From: a virus
IMG/VR virus record: IMGVR_UViG_3300046373_000172
Location: 23,476 to 87,475 of that record
Strand: one strand, 5' to 3'
Length of the DNA stretch: 64,000 nt
Both the position numbers and the translations under genes were made by a program. The notes under the pieces were generated by a model. The model made no database searches. It worked only from the letters and a program-made list of their open reading frames with translations, and was not told the DNA's origin. Positions 10,251 through 19,522 of this stretch are shown one piece after another. The first letter of the stretch is position 1; every line of letters begins with the position of its first letter.

Positions 10251-10513
10251 TGGAGCGCTCCGCTGACCCGATCGACAACGCCAGCGCCGAGACTGACTTG
10301 GCGGACGAGCAGGCGGTGCTGCGCCGGCGCCATGCCGAAGCGCTGCGCATCCGGCGCACCGCCATCGCCTTGGCCGACGGCGACTTCAACGGCATCAACT
10401 GCGTGGAGTGCTACGACGAGTTGCCGGCGGTGCGGATCGCCGACCACCGGATGCTGTGCACACCTTGCGCTTCAGCGCAGGAGAAGAAAGACAAACTGAA
10501 AGGGATACGATGA
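10247..10513 (+). CDS. DksA/TraR-family C4 zinc-finger protein
   Basis: DPIDNA tip motif; CVEC...CTPC. Confidence 0.85.
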   Translation: MMERSADPIDNASAETDLADEQAVLRRRHAEALRIRRTAIALADGDFNGINCVECYDELPAVRIADHRMLCTPCASAQEKKDKLKGIR

Positions 10514-13500
10514 AACGAACCCGCATTGGCTACGATATGTCAGCATTTTTATGGAACGCCCTGCTGTACGGCAAGGACGTAGAGAACGGGCACCAAGCCA
10601 TCCACAAGGAGAAGCCTTGCTGGATCAACTCCTGGCACCACGGCTACGACAACGTCGTGCCGCGCATGGCCGAGTTGCTGACCAAGTACCGCCTGAACCC
10701 GATCGACATGATCCTGGTTTTCGAGGGTAAGAATTCCAAGTCCAAGCGTCTGATGATCGACAAGAATTACAAGCAGGGCCGCGAGCATCCGGAAGATGCC
10801 TACGTTGAATTCCTGACGCTGCGCGACAAGGTCAAGGCGCTCTGGCTCAGCCTCGGCGCCCAGGTGCTGACGCAGGACTATGCCGAGGGTGACGACACGC
10901 TGGCCTGGCTGGCCGAGAACACCGAGGACGATCTGATCATCGCCACCTTCGACAACGACTTGTCGGCGCTCAACGGCGTCAACGGGTATGGCGCCACGAC
11001 CACCGTCTGGGTCAACGACCTGGAGGCGCACAACAAGTACGGCATTTTCGACTACCACCTGATCACCACCTACAAGGCGCTGGTCGGCGATTCGTCCGAC
11101 AACATCAAGGGCTGTGTCGGCTTCGGCCCTAAAACGTTCCTGAAGTTCTGCGACCAGTATGGCTACGACGGCCTGCAGGAGCTGCACAACCTGCTGTCGA
11201 TGTCCGACTTGTCGCCGCTGGCCGAGATGGCCGCCTCCGGCAAGCACCCGCTGGTGGCGATGATCGTCGACCAGGGGCCGGACGTGATCCGCTGCTTCGA
11301 CCTGGCCAAGCTGCGCCCCGAGTGGGTCAACACGATGGCCTACCCGTTGACGTGGGAAGCGGGCATGGTAACGCCGCTGAGTGCTGCGTCAGATCCACTG
11401 ATGAAGAAGTATTACGGCCGCGCGCGGCTGGTGTCAGCCGGCTCGTTCGCCGCGGCGATCGAATGGGCCAAGCCCTTGATTCTGGCGTCGCGGGATGTGG
11501 CGCTGGATATCGAAACCACGACGAGCGAGGAGTCTTCCGAATGGCTTGAACGCAAAGGCAACATCGATGGCGTCGACGTGTTCGGCTCCACCCTGTGCGG
11601 ACTTGGGCTGACCTTCGGTCCGAACAACCAATACACGCTGTACTTTTCCGTCAACCATGCAGACACCGACAACATCGCGTCGGAAGACCTGCGCCAGTTC
11701 ATCGCCTGGATCCCACAGGACAAACACCTGGTGATCCAGAACACGAACTTCGAGCTCCCCGTGCTGTACCAGGCATGGGGCGACAAGCAGCTGGACAACG
11801 GCTTCTACGGCTACCTGCCCAATGTGCTCGATACCAAACTGGAAGCTTCGTACCAGGACGAGAACAGCCCACTTGGGCTGAAGCAGCGCTCCCTGAAGAT
11901 CTTGAATTATAAGCAGCAGACGTACGAGGAAACGACGCGCTTGACCGGCACCCCTTCCGAATTGTTCAAGGGGGGCCGGCTGGTGTCGACGCAGTACAAA
12001 AAGCAAATGGTCGGCACCGGGAAGTTCGAATTGGTGCCTCTGCTGGACGACAGCGGAGTTCCGATGCTGGACGAAGACGGCGCCCAAGTGCTGCAGCAGG
12101 GTGGCGAGATCATGAAGGAAGAACTGGTGCTGGTGCCTTCCGGCCGCACGATGACCGCCGTCGTCGACCTGAAAACCGGCAAGCGCCTGCACTATATTTA
12201 TGCCGATCAGGACGAGATCGATTCCAGCGAAGAGTACGACCCGTCCGACACGGCGCCGGAAATGGTGCCAGTGGTCGATACCGAAACGCGCCAGTACAAG
12301 ATGCATGAGTTGCCGGCTGCGCACGTCTTCGGTTACGGCGCTGACGATCCGATTTGCACGATCGCCTTGCACAATTTCTACAAGCTGTTCATGCAGCTGG
12401 AGCACACGTACGAGACCTACCTGAAGGTCGAGATCCAGGCGGCGTATGCCAACGCCATGGCGTTCGTCTCCGGCATCCCGTTCTCGATGGAGCGCATGAT
12501 GTCCTGCGAGCGGGAGGACAATGCGTCGGTAGCCAAGTCGTGGCCGGTGCTACGCTCCTTCCTGATCGACAAGGGCTGGGCCGGCACCGTGCCTCCCGTT
12601 TACACGGTGGACATCACGGCGGCGCAGGTGAAGGAAGCGTTCGAAATCGTCGCCGGCCGCAAGCTGGAGACGATGATGCGCACGGTCTCCAAGTTGGCGA
12701 TCTTCGCCCGCGAAGACGGCGAGCCGATCTTTGCCGAACTGCTGTCGCGGGTCGACAAGGAGAAAACGCCGGAAGCGGTCCAGGCGTTTAACGCCTACGT
12801 GCTGGGCCGGTTCAAGGGCGAGCCGGAGTTCAACGCCGACAGCCCGGTGCAGATGAAGCGCCTGCTGTACGAGACCTTGGGCCTGCCGGTCCGCTTGACC
12901 AATAAGGTGACGGACGCCCAGCGCGCCAAAGGTGAGACTCAGGGCACCGCGAAGACGGATGACCTGGCGCTGCAAACGGCGCTGCACTATGACAGCGAGT
13001 TCACCGACCTGTCCGTGCTCAAGGCGATCCAGGTCATGAAGCAGTGCGGCACCCGGTCGAAGCTGTACTACAAGCCGTACCGAAACTTCCCCCACTGGCG
13101 TGATGGCTTGTTGCACCCGTCGACGAACCAGTGCGCGACGGTCACGCGCAGGAACAGCGCCAGCGACCCGAACTACACCCAGTGGCCTGCCAAGGGTGAA
13201 GGCTTGCGCTTCCGGGAGTGCATTGTGGCGCGTAAGCGGGGCCGGGTCATCATCTCGTCGGACTGCTCCGGCCAGGAGTTGCGCTTGGCGGCGGACTTTA
13301 GCCGGGACCCGAACATGCTGTCCTGCTATATCGGCGAGAACCTGCGGGACATCCACTCGATGGTGGCTGCGGCGGCAACGAAGTACTTCTGGGATCGGGA
13401 GTGGTCGTACGAAGAATTCTATGCTGCGTTGAAGGGTCTGGACGAAGAATTGGCTGAGAAGGTGGACGCCCTGCGCTCCAAGTCGAAGGCGGTGACGTTC

Positions 13501-14121
13501 GGGGAAATTTATGGAAGCATGGCCAAGTCTTTGTCCGAGCGGTTGATGATTTCGGAAGAGGAGGCGCAACTGTTCCTGGATGCGAAGAAGGCACAGTTCC
13601 CCGGCGTCGACATTTGGAAGGACGAAGTAGTGGCGTTCGCCCGCCGACACGGTTACAGCTTGACGATGATGGGCGGCCGGCGCCACATGAGGGAAGTGCT
13701 GCAGGGTGGCGACAAGTGGGAGATCAACCGGGCCGAACGCCAGCTGAGTAACTTCTGCATCCAGTCTTCCGGCGCGGAAGCCATCAAGATCGCCCTTGGG
13801 AAGTGTGCGTTCAGCGAGGTCATGCACCGCTGTGATGTGCATATCATCGGCAGCCTCCATGATGAACTTATTGTTGACGCGCCCCAGGAACACGCCTATG
13901 AAGTGGCAACGGAGATGGTCAAGTTCTTACAAGCGCCTTACGGCAACATGATCGTACCGTTCATCTCGGAAACCACTCTCGGCCTGGACTTCGGGCACCA
14001 GCTGAAGCTCCCTCTTGGGTTCACCCCGGAGCAGGTGCAGGCCGTCTTGGAGAAGATGAACCGGGAGGCCGACGAACGTAAAAACCCAGCAGCAAAACTC
14101 GTCCTGAAGGAAGCAGCATGA
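10510..14121 (+). CDS. polA: family A DNA polymerase with 5'-3' and 3'-5' exonuclease domains
   Basis: EGDD and GDSSDNIKG (5' exo); DIET, NTNFE, YGADD (3' exo); motifs A DCSGQELR, B KAVTFGEIYG, C LHDEL. Confidence 0.95.
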   Translation: MKRTRIGYDMSAFLWNALLYGKDVENGHQAIHKEKPCWINSWHHGYDNVVPRMAELLTKYRLNPIDMILVFEGKNSKSKRLMIDKNYKQGREHPEDAYVEFLTLRDKVKALWLSLGAQVLTQDYAEGDDTLAWLAENTEDDLIIATFDNDLSALNGVNGYGATTTVWVNDLEAHNKYGIFDYHLITTYKALVGDSSDNIKGCVGFGPKTFLKFCDQYGYDGLQELHNLLSMSDLSPLAEMAASGKHPLVAMIVDQGPDVIRCFDLAKLRPEWVNTMAYPLTWEAGMVTPLSAASDPLMKKYYGRARLVSAGSFAAAIEWAKPLILASRDVALDIETTTSEESSEWLERKGNIDGVDVFGSTLCGLGLTFGPNNQYTLYFSVNHADTDNIASEDLRQFIAWIPQDKHLVIQNTNFELPVLYQAWGDKQLDNGFYGYLPNVLDTKLEASYQDENSPLGLKQRSLKILNYKQQTYEETTRLTGTPSELFKGGRLVSTQYKKQMVGTGKFELVPLLDDSGVPMLDEDGAQVLQQGGEIMKEELVLVPSGRTMTAVVDLKTGKRLHYIYADQDEIDSSEEYDPSDTAPEMVPVVDTETRQYKMHELPAAHVFGYGADDPICTIALHNFYKLFMQLEHTYETYLKVEIQAAYANAMAFVSGIPFSMERMMSCEREDNASVAKSWPVLRSFLIDKGWAGTVPPVYTVDITAAQVKEAFEIVAGRKLETMMRTVSKLAIFAREDGEPIFAELLSRVDKEKTPEAVQAFNAYVLGRFKGEPEFNADSPVQMKRLLYETLGLPVRLTNKVTDAQRAKGETQGTAKTDDLALQTALHYDSEFTDLSVLKAIQVMKQCGTRSKLYYKPYRNFPHWRDGLLHPSTNQCATVTRRNSASDPNYTQWPAKGEGLRFRECIVARKRGRVIISSDCSGQELRLAADFSRDPNMLSCYIGENLRDIHSMVAAAATKYFWDREWSYEEFYAALKGLDEELAEKVDALRSKSKAVTFGEIYGSMAKSLSERLMISEEEAQLFLDAKKAQFPGVDIWKDEVVAFARRHGYSLTMMGGRRHMREVLQGGDKWEINRAERQLSNFCIQSSGAEAIKIALGKCAFSEVMHRCDVHIIGSLHDELIVDAPQEHAYEVATEMVKFLQAPYGNMIVPFISETTLGLDFGHQLKLPLGFTPEQVQAVLEKMNREADERKNPAAKLVLKEAA

Positions 14122-14396
14122 ACAGCACCGTCTACAAATACCCGATTCACCTGACTGGCCTGCAGGTGCTCACACTGCCGGCCCCCGCGCGCATCCTCGA
14201 CATCCAGATCCAGGACGGCTACCCGCAGTTGTGGGCGCTGGTCGAGCCGGACCAGCCGATGCAGAATTACGAGGTGATCACCATAGGCACCGGCCAGACC
14301 TGCTACCACGACCTGCGCGGCTCGATCTTCCAGAAGACGCTGATCGACGGCAGCTTCGTCTGGCACATCTTTGTTCGCCTCCTCCCAACCCTCTGA
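14118..14396 (+). CDS. phage hypothetical protein
   Basis: ATGA coupling; VYKYP...LWALV...GTG...VWHIF pattern common in phages. Confidence 0.75.
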   Translation: MNSTVYKYPIHLTGLQVLTLPAPARILDIQIQDGYPQLWALVEPDQPMQNYEVITIGTGQTCYHDLRGSIFQKTLIDGSFVWHIFVRLLPTL

Positions 14397-14404
14397 AAGA
14401 GACT

Positions 14405-14730
14405 ATGACCATCCACTACATTGACGGCCCTGCGGCCTGCGGCAAGACTCGGCACCTGGACGCGCTGAAAGCGATATACGAGAAGCGTGGTGTCGAGGTG
14501 CTTGGGCCTATCGACCCTGCAGGAGTGCTGGGCTTGCTCCGCTCACCGGCTTACCGGCTTACCTCGACGCCCACCTGAAAGACCGCTCGAAAACGGTCCT
14601 GATGGTGGACGACTGGCAGGAGCGCGGCAAATGGCCGGGGCCCCTGCGAGAGCAGATTAAGGCTGCCGGCTTCCGCAAGGTCTTCATCGCCCGCAGTGAC
14701 ACCGCGCGCAACACCTGGGAGGGCGTATGA
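14405..14730 (+). pseudogene. small P-loop NTPase interrupted by a frameshift (8-bp tandem duplication)
   Basis: GPAACGKT in one frame and VLMVDD in the other; ACCGGCTT duplicated at 14545-14560. Confidence 0.7.
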
Positions 14731-14960
14731 ACCACCGAAAAGAAGACGCCTGCGAGATCTGCCAAGTGCTCGACTCCAAGGCGTACAGCGAGCCCAAGCG
14801 GCAGATGCTGCACCAGCTGCTGGCGTACGAATTCGCCATCCTCGACGTGATGTCGGACCCGGAGAACGAAGGCATCGAGACCGACGAGGACGAGATCGAG
14901 GGCCTGATGAACGAAATTATTGCCGTGTCCGAGGTGGACGCCGGCGTGACGATGAATTGA
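14727..14960 (+). CDS. small acidic hypothetical protein
   Basis: GGAGGG RBS; ATGA overlap. Confidence 0.65.
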   Translation: MNHRKEDACEICQVLDSKAYSEPKRQMLHQLLAYEFAILDVMSDPENEGIETDEDEIEGLMNEIIAVSEVDAGVTMN

Positions 14961-14968
14961 AAGAGATC

Positions 14969-15877
14969 ATGACCAAACCTACACTCTCCTCCCAGCTGGC
15001 CGTCGACTACGAGCCAGGCAAAGCGCGCTTCCCTTTGATGGCCTTCCACAAGGTCGACGGCGTGCGCGGCAACCACTTCACCGGCGGCTTGACCGGCCGC
15101 TCGCTCAAGGCCTTCAAGAACAAGGCCGTCACCGCGGCGTACGCCTCGGACGTGTATGCCGGCATGGACGGAGAATTCACGATCGACGGCCGGCTGACAG
15201 GGCATGACCTGTGCAGCCTGACGACGGGCTTGATGGGCCGGATCGCCGGCGAAGCGAACGTGGCGTGGAACTTGTTCGACTGGCTGGCGCCACATGTGGT
15301 GGACATGCACTACTTCAAACGCTACACGGCGCTGTATGCCTACCTCGAAGCCAGCAAGCCGGCAGGCGTACATCTGCTGCCTTTCGAGTGGGTACACAAT
15401 GTTGAAGAGGCCCAGGCGTTCATCGACAAATCCCTGACGCTTGGGTACGAAGGCGCCATCTTCCGCGACCCCAAGGAGATGCACAAGTCCGGCCGCGCCA
15501 CGGCCAAGTTGAACTCCTTCTGGCGTTTCAAGCCTGCCTCGGACAAGGACGCCATCGTAATCGAGGTCTACGAGGCGGACGAGAACCAGAACGAGGCGAA
15601 GAAGAACGAGCTGGGCCAGACCGAGCGCTCCACTCACAAGGGGAACAAGGTCGCCAAGGGCATGGCCGGCGGCTTCATCTGCACCGACGTCGAATCCGGC
15701 GACCGTATCCGGGTGCCGGCCGGCACCCTGAAGCACGACGAACGTATCGAGGCTTGGGTGAATCGTTCGGCATACCCGGGCCGGGCGCTGAAATACCGTT
15801 CGCTGGACACCGGCGTGAAGGACGCCCCAAGACAGGCCCGCTTCGTGGGCTGGCGTATCGAGGAAGACATGTCATGA
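14969..15877 (+). CDS. lig: ATP-dependent DNA ligase
   Basis: KVDGVR adenylation motif, DGEF, GYEGAIFR, C-terminal PR..RF. Confidence 0.92.
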   Translation: MTKPTLSSQLAVDYEPGKARFPLMAFHKVDGVRGNHFTGGLTGRSLKAFKNKAVTAAYASDVYAGMDGEFTIDGRLTGHDLCSLTTGLMGRIAGEANVAWNLFDWLAPHVVDMHYFKRYTALYAYLEASKPAGVHLLPFEWVHNVEEAQAFIDKSLTLGYEGAIFRDPKEMHKSGRATAKLNSFWRFKPASDKDAIVIEVYEADENQNEAKKNELGQTERSTHKGNKVAKGMAGGFICTDVESGDRIRVPAGTLKHDERIEAWVNRSAYPGRALKYRSLDTGVKDAPRQARFVGWRIEEDMS

Positions 15878-16161
15878 TCTGGACCGCTTGCGCCATCGTT
15901 GCCGCCGTCTGGGTCTACGTTCTTTGGACGTACGACGAAGACGAGACAGCAACCAGGCCTCCGCACCTGCCTGAAATCAGCGTCGCCATTCGGCATGTGG
16001 AATTCGCTGTGGCCAGGCTGCAGCACGACTGCTACAACGGCCACGAACTGCTGCTGGCGATCGACTACGCCGAGCGGCAACTGGCGCTGGCCAGGCGCCA
16101 CATCTACAGTGTGGACGTGGAAGAACGCCCTCCGGCAGCGCCGGAAGACTTGATGCTTTAA
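15874..16161 (+). CDS. hypothetical protein with N-terminal TM helix
   Basis: ATGA overlap; MIWTACAIVAAVWVYVLW. Confidence 0.6.
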   Translation: MIWTACAIVAAVWVYVLWTYDEDETATRPPHLPEISVAIRHVEFAVARLQHDCYNGHELLLAIDYAERQLALARRHIYSVDVEERPPAAPEDLML

Positions 16162-16172
16162 CGGGAGAGACC

Positions 16173-16445
16173 ATGGAACTGAGCCGCGCCGAGATCGCTT
16201 GTGCGCAGAAACTTCGGCACAGGAGCAAGACGATAGCGCGTGCCGCCGGTGCGTTGGAGATGCGCAAACGGCCGGGTACACGTCTTTATGTGTACCAGTG
16301 CTCAGTCTGCAACGATTGGCACCTGACCAAGCGACCGCAGGAGAGTGCGTCTTCTGCGGTCGGCTTTGAGGGCAAGGCCCGGCGCCCGGCGAAGCCTCCC
16401 AAGAGGCGTGACCGAAGACCAACTGACGATTTAACTGGAGAATGA
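16173..16445 (+). CDS. basic zinc-finger-like protein
   Basis: GGAGA RBS; C..K...YQCSVCNDWHLT. Confidence 0.7.
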   Translation: MELSRAEIACAQKLRHRSKTIARAAGALEMRKRPGTRLYVYQCSVCNDWHLTKRPQESASSAVGFEGKARRPAKPPKRRDRRPTDDLTGE

Positions 16446-16645
16446 GAATGGACGTACGAAAAATCATCACCCTGGACACCGAGGACTTGCGCGCGGCGCT
16501 GCACCTGTGGGTCCGCGAGAAGACCGGCTGCATGCTTGGCCCGCTGCTGAGCGCCGACGGCGGCCGGCACCTGGCCAAGTTGGGCGAAGTGTCCGGCGTG
16601 ACCGTGACGTTTGAAATTGTTGAAGTACCGAAGGAAGCAAAATGA
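16442..16645 (+). CDS. hypothetical protein
   Basis: GGAG RBS; coupled on both sides. Confidence 0.65.
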   Translation: MRMDVRKIITLDTEDLRAALHLWVREKTGCMLGPLLSADGGRHLAKLGEVSGVTVTFEIVEVPKEAK

Positions 16646-17316
16646 CCCAAGAAATTAAACTCCTAAACCACGGCTACGTCCGACTGGTCGATCACATGGG
16701 CAACGACCTGTCGGTGGTGCGCAGCGCCCGGGTTTCCTACGACGCGGACTGGCGTGCTGGCGAAGACGACGGCAAGGATGCCAAGCTGATCAACTACCTG
16801 ATGAAGAACAAGCACACGTCGCCGTTCGAGTCGGTCACGTTCACCTTCGAAGTCAAGGCACCGATCTTCGTCTTCCGGCAGTGGCACCGTCACCGCACCT
16901 GGTCTTTCAACGAGATCTCGGCGCGCTACGCGGAACTGCCGGAAGAGTTTTACGTGCCGGAAGTCGACAAGATCACGACACAGTCGGTGAACAACAAGCA
17001 ACAGCGCACCGACGAACAGCTTGCCGATGCCGCCCACTGCGCCAGGGTCATCGAAAATTCCTGTCAGGACTCATTCCACAATTATCACGAACTGCTGAAG
17101 CACGGCTGCCCAAGGGAGTTGGCGCGCGGCGTGCTGCCGGTGAACACCTATAGCAAGATGTTCGCCACGATCGACCTGCACAACCTGCTTGGGTTCCTGC
17201 GGTTGCGCGACCACTCGCACGCCCAGTACGAGATCCAGGTTTATGCTCAGGCCATGGCCGTGCTGATCGAGCCGATCGTGCCTGTCTCGATCGCCGCCTT
17301 CCACGCGAACACATAA
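16642..17316 (+). CDS. thyX: flavin-dependent thymidylate synthase
   Basis: ARVSY, HTSPFE, signature RHRTWSFNEISARY, HAQYEI. Confidence 0.95.
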   Translation: MTQEIKLLNHGYVRLVDHMGNDLSVVRSARVSYDADWRAGEDDGKDAKLINYLMKNKHTSPFESVTFTFEVKAPIFVFRQWHRHRTWSFNEISARYAELPEEFYVPEVDKITTQSVNNKQQRTDEQLADAAHCARVIENSCQDSFHNYHELLKHGCPRELARGVLPVNTYSKMFATIDLHNLLGFLRLRDHSHAQYEIQVYAQAMAVLIEPIVPVSIAAFHANT

Positions 17317-17744
17317 TGCCGTGCCGGTTCCGCGACGAAGATGCTTGCACACACCCGCTTCACGAGGGAAGGCCAACCTGTGTCATGGTCGACCCAAGGG
17401 CGGCGGACTGCCGGATCTGGAAGTACGAAAGGCAGCGGAGCCGGACCGTGGTCGCACCGTTTCTCGGCATACGCCAGTCTGGCGTCACCAAAGAGCCTGG
17501 GCCGAGAGGCAGTCAGATCTTCGGACCACCTCGCCCCACCCCAGCACAACGACGCGCAGCAGACAAGAAAGCCGAAGTCGAAGTGTTAGACGATCAGGAA
17601 TTTTTCAGAGCCGCTGAGAAAGCGGCTCAAGTTGAGCTAACCCGTGCGTCGCCGTTTGACGCCTTATTTCAAGGAACATCATGCCAATCAAAACCGCCGC
17701 AAATCGTGGCAAAACCGCCGAGAAGAAAGTCAGTGAAATCCTGA
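17316..17744 (+). CDS. hypothetical Cys-rich protein
   Basis: TAATG coupling; 3' end overlaps the next gene by 64 nt. Confidence 0.45.
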   Translation: MPCRFRDEDACTHPLHEGRPTCVMVDPRAADCRIWKYERQRSRTVVAPFLGIRQSGVTKEPGPRGSQIFGPPRPTPAQRRAADKKAEVEVLDDQEFFRAAEKAAQVELTRASPFDALFQGTSCQSKPPQIVAKPPRRKSVKS

Positions 17745-18169
17745 AGCGCGCCGAAGCGACCCGGATCTGGTTTACGGCCGGGCGCGTGCCAGATGCGCAC
17801 GCCGCCGGCGGCCGGTTCACACCCCAAGCTGGGGACTTCGCCGCTTACAGCCGGGTGCGTACGATGCCAGACGGCCTCTACCTCTCTCGTAACTTCCTGG
17901 TAGAGGTGAAAGAATTGAAACACGAATTTCGTCTGCCGTTTGCATCCTACTCCGCCGATAAGGTGGCCCGGGTACAGAAGCGCGTGCTGGCCGGCAGCGA
18001 GGCGATCGTCGCTATCCTGCACACCACGACCGGCTTGTGGCGGCTGGTGCCGTTCTCGGTGTTCAACGATCGCTCGACTGGAGGGTCGTGGGACTTGCGG
18101 CCGTTTGCGCCGGTGGCGATTGAAACCGCGTTGCTGGAGTTTATGGGCTTGACGAAGGAGGCGGCATGA
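17681..18169 (+). CDS. PD-(D/E)xK Holliday junction resolvase (RecU-like)
   Basis: NRGKTAE, GDF, LVEVK; AAGGA RBS. Confidence 0.75.
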   Translation: MPIKTAANRGKTAEKKVSEILKRAEATRIWFTAGRVPDAHAAGGRFTPQAGDFAAYSRVRTMPDGLYLSRNFLVEVKELKHEFRLPFASYSADKVARVQKRVLAGSEAIVAILHTTTGLWRLVPFSVFNDRSTGGSWDLRPFAPVAIETALLEFMGLTKEAA

Positions 18170-19209
18170 GCGCCCTCACCGTATTGAACGACTGGCACCT
18201 CGGCGCCATCCGAAGTGCCGGCACCACGCCGGCCACCGCCTACCAACTTCGGCTGGATCTGCTGCACCATTTCGAAGACGTCTTGTACGGAATCGAGACT
18301 GACCTGCTGCTCAACGGCGACTTATTCGACACCGCCAACATCCCGACAGCAGACCTGCTGCGCACATTCCAGACTTTGTCCGACTGGCTGACGCGGACCG
18401 GCAAGCGTCTGCTGGGGAGTAACGGCAACCACGACCTGTCGAAGAACAGCACCATCCTGTCGTCATTCCAGCTGCTGATGAAGCTGCTGCGCGAAGTGCA
18501 CGGCCCGGACCTGGTCTTCCACATCGAGACCGGCACGGACATCGGCGCCGGCCAGTACGTCATCCCGCATGTCGCAAATCAATCACTTTTCGATGTCGAA
18601 TTGGCAAGGGTGCCAGCGTGCGACTATCTGTTCGTTCATTGTAATTATGACAATGAATTCGCCGTTGAGTCGGACCATTCGTTGAACATGTCCAAGGCGC
18701 AGGCCGAGGCTTGCTTGGCGAAGCGGATCGTGTTCGGCCACGAACACCAGGCCCGCACCGAGTTGGGTGGCAAGGTGATTATCGTGGGCAACCAGACGCC
18801 TTCGTCGATCAGCGACTGCCTAGGCAACAGCAGCAAGACCTACTTGCAGATCCTGCCAGGCGTTGGCGAGGTCTTTCCGGTCAGTTGGAACGAGGACGAT
18901 GAATATTCCGAACAGGACTGGCGCGACCTGCAGGACCGCGGACGCTTCATAAGAGTGACCGGCACTGCCACGGCCGAGGAAGGTGCCCAAGTTGTGCAGG
19001 CCATTGCCCGCTTCCGCCAGCAGGCCAAAGCCTTGGTCATCACCAACGCCGTGAAGGTGCAGGGCGTGAACGACCAGGACGACCTCGTGCTGACACAGGA
19101 AGCTGTCTCCGCCTTCAATGTGCAGGAAGCGCTGCTGGAAATCCTGACGCCGGAAGAAGGCGCCAAAATTCTCAAACTGCTGAATCCGGAGACTGAAAAT
19201 GCTCAATGA
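18166..19209 (+). CDS. SbcD/Mre11-like metallophosphoesterase nuclease
   Basis: DWH, GDLFD, GNHD, GHEH. Confidence 0.9.
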   Translation: MSALTVLNDWHLGAIRSAGTTPATAYQLRLDLLHHFEDVLYGIETDLLLNGDLFDTANIPTADLLRTFQTLSDWLTRTGKRLLGSNGNHDLSKNSTILSSFQLLMKLLREVHGPDLVFHIETGTDIGAGQYVIPHVANQSLFDVELARVPACDYLFVHCNYDNEFAVESDHSLNMSKAQAEACLAKRIVFGHEHQARTELGGKVIIVGNQTPSSISDCLGNSSKTYLQILPGVGEVFPVSWNEDDEYSEQDWRDLQDRGRFIRVTGTATAEEGAQVVQAIARFRQQAKALVITNAVKVQGVNDQDDLVLTQEAVSAFNVQEALLEILTPEEGAKILKLLNPETENAQ

Positions 19210-19522
19210 CCAAGACAAAGAACGGCTGCGCCGGCTGTGTGCCAGCGCGGCGCCCGGCCCTCGGCTTCTGTACCCTCGCTGCATAGGCAACAGCGACGCT
19301 ATCGAGAAGGGCGCGGACCCGATTGATGTCGCCGCCGGCAGTGACGACTGGTGCCTCGGCTGGGAAGTCACCGATCACGACGACGTGACTCGAACAGGCT
19401 TCCACCCGATCAGCCGGGGCGAGTTTAACGGACCAGACGCGGCGCTCATTATGGCCACACCGCCGGAAGTGATCCTCGCCCTGCTGGACGAAATCCAACA
19501 ACTGAAAGCCCTCCATGCTTAA
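19199..19522 (+). CDS. hypothetical protein (Ead/Ea22-like C-terminus)
   Basis: DAALIMATPPEVILALLDEI pattern. Confidence 0.6.
   Translation: MLNDQDKERLRRLCASAAPGPRLLYPRCIGNSDAIEKGADPIDVAAGSDDWCLGWEVTDHDDVTRTGFHPISRGEFNGPDAALIMATPPEVILALLDEIQQLKALHA

Noticed and set aside
10408-10509. N-terminal extensions given by the ORF track (also at 578, 14696, 23144, 37148, 42304, 43068)
   Set aside because: They overlap upstream genes; downstream ATGs with RBS or stop-start coupling are better starts.
11941-12290. intein in the DNA polymerase
   Set aside because: No N-terminal Cys/Ser block and no His-Asn terminus.
13486-13515. unusual polymerase motif B as a sign of altered nucleotide specificity
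   Set aside because: KAVTFGEIYG keeps Phe at the E. coli 762-equivalent position, and no base-modification pathway was recognised.
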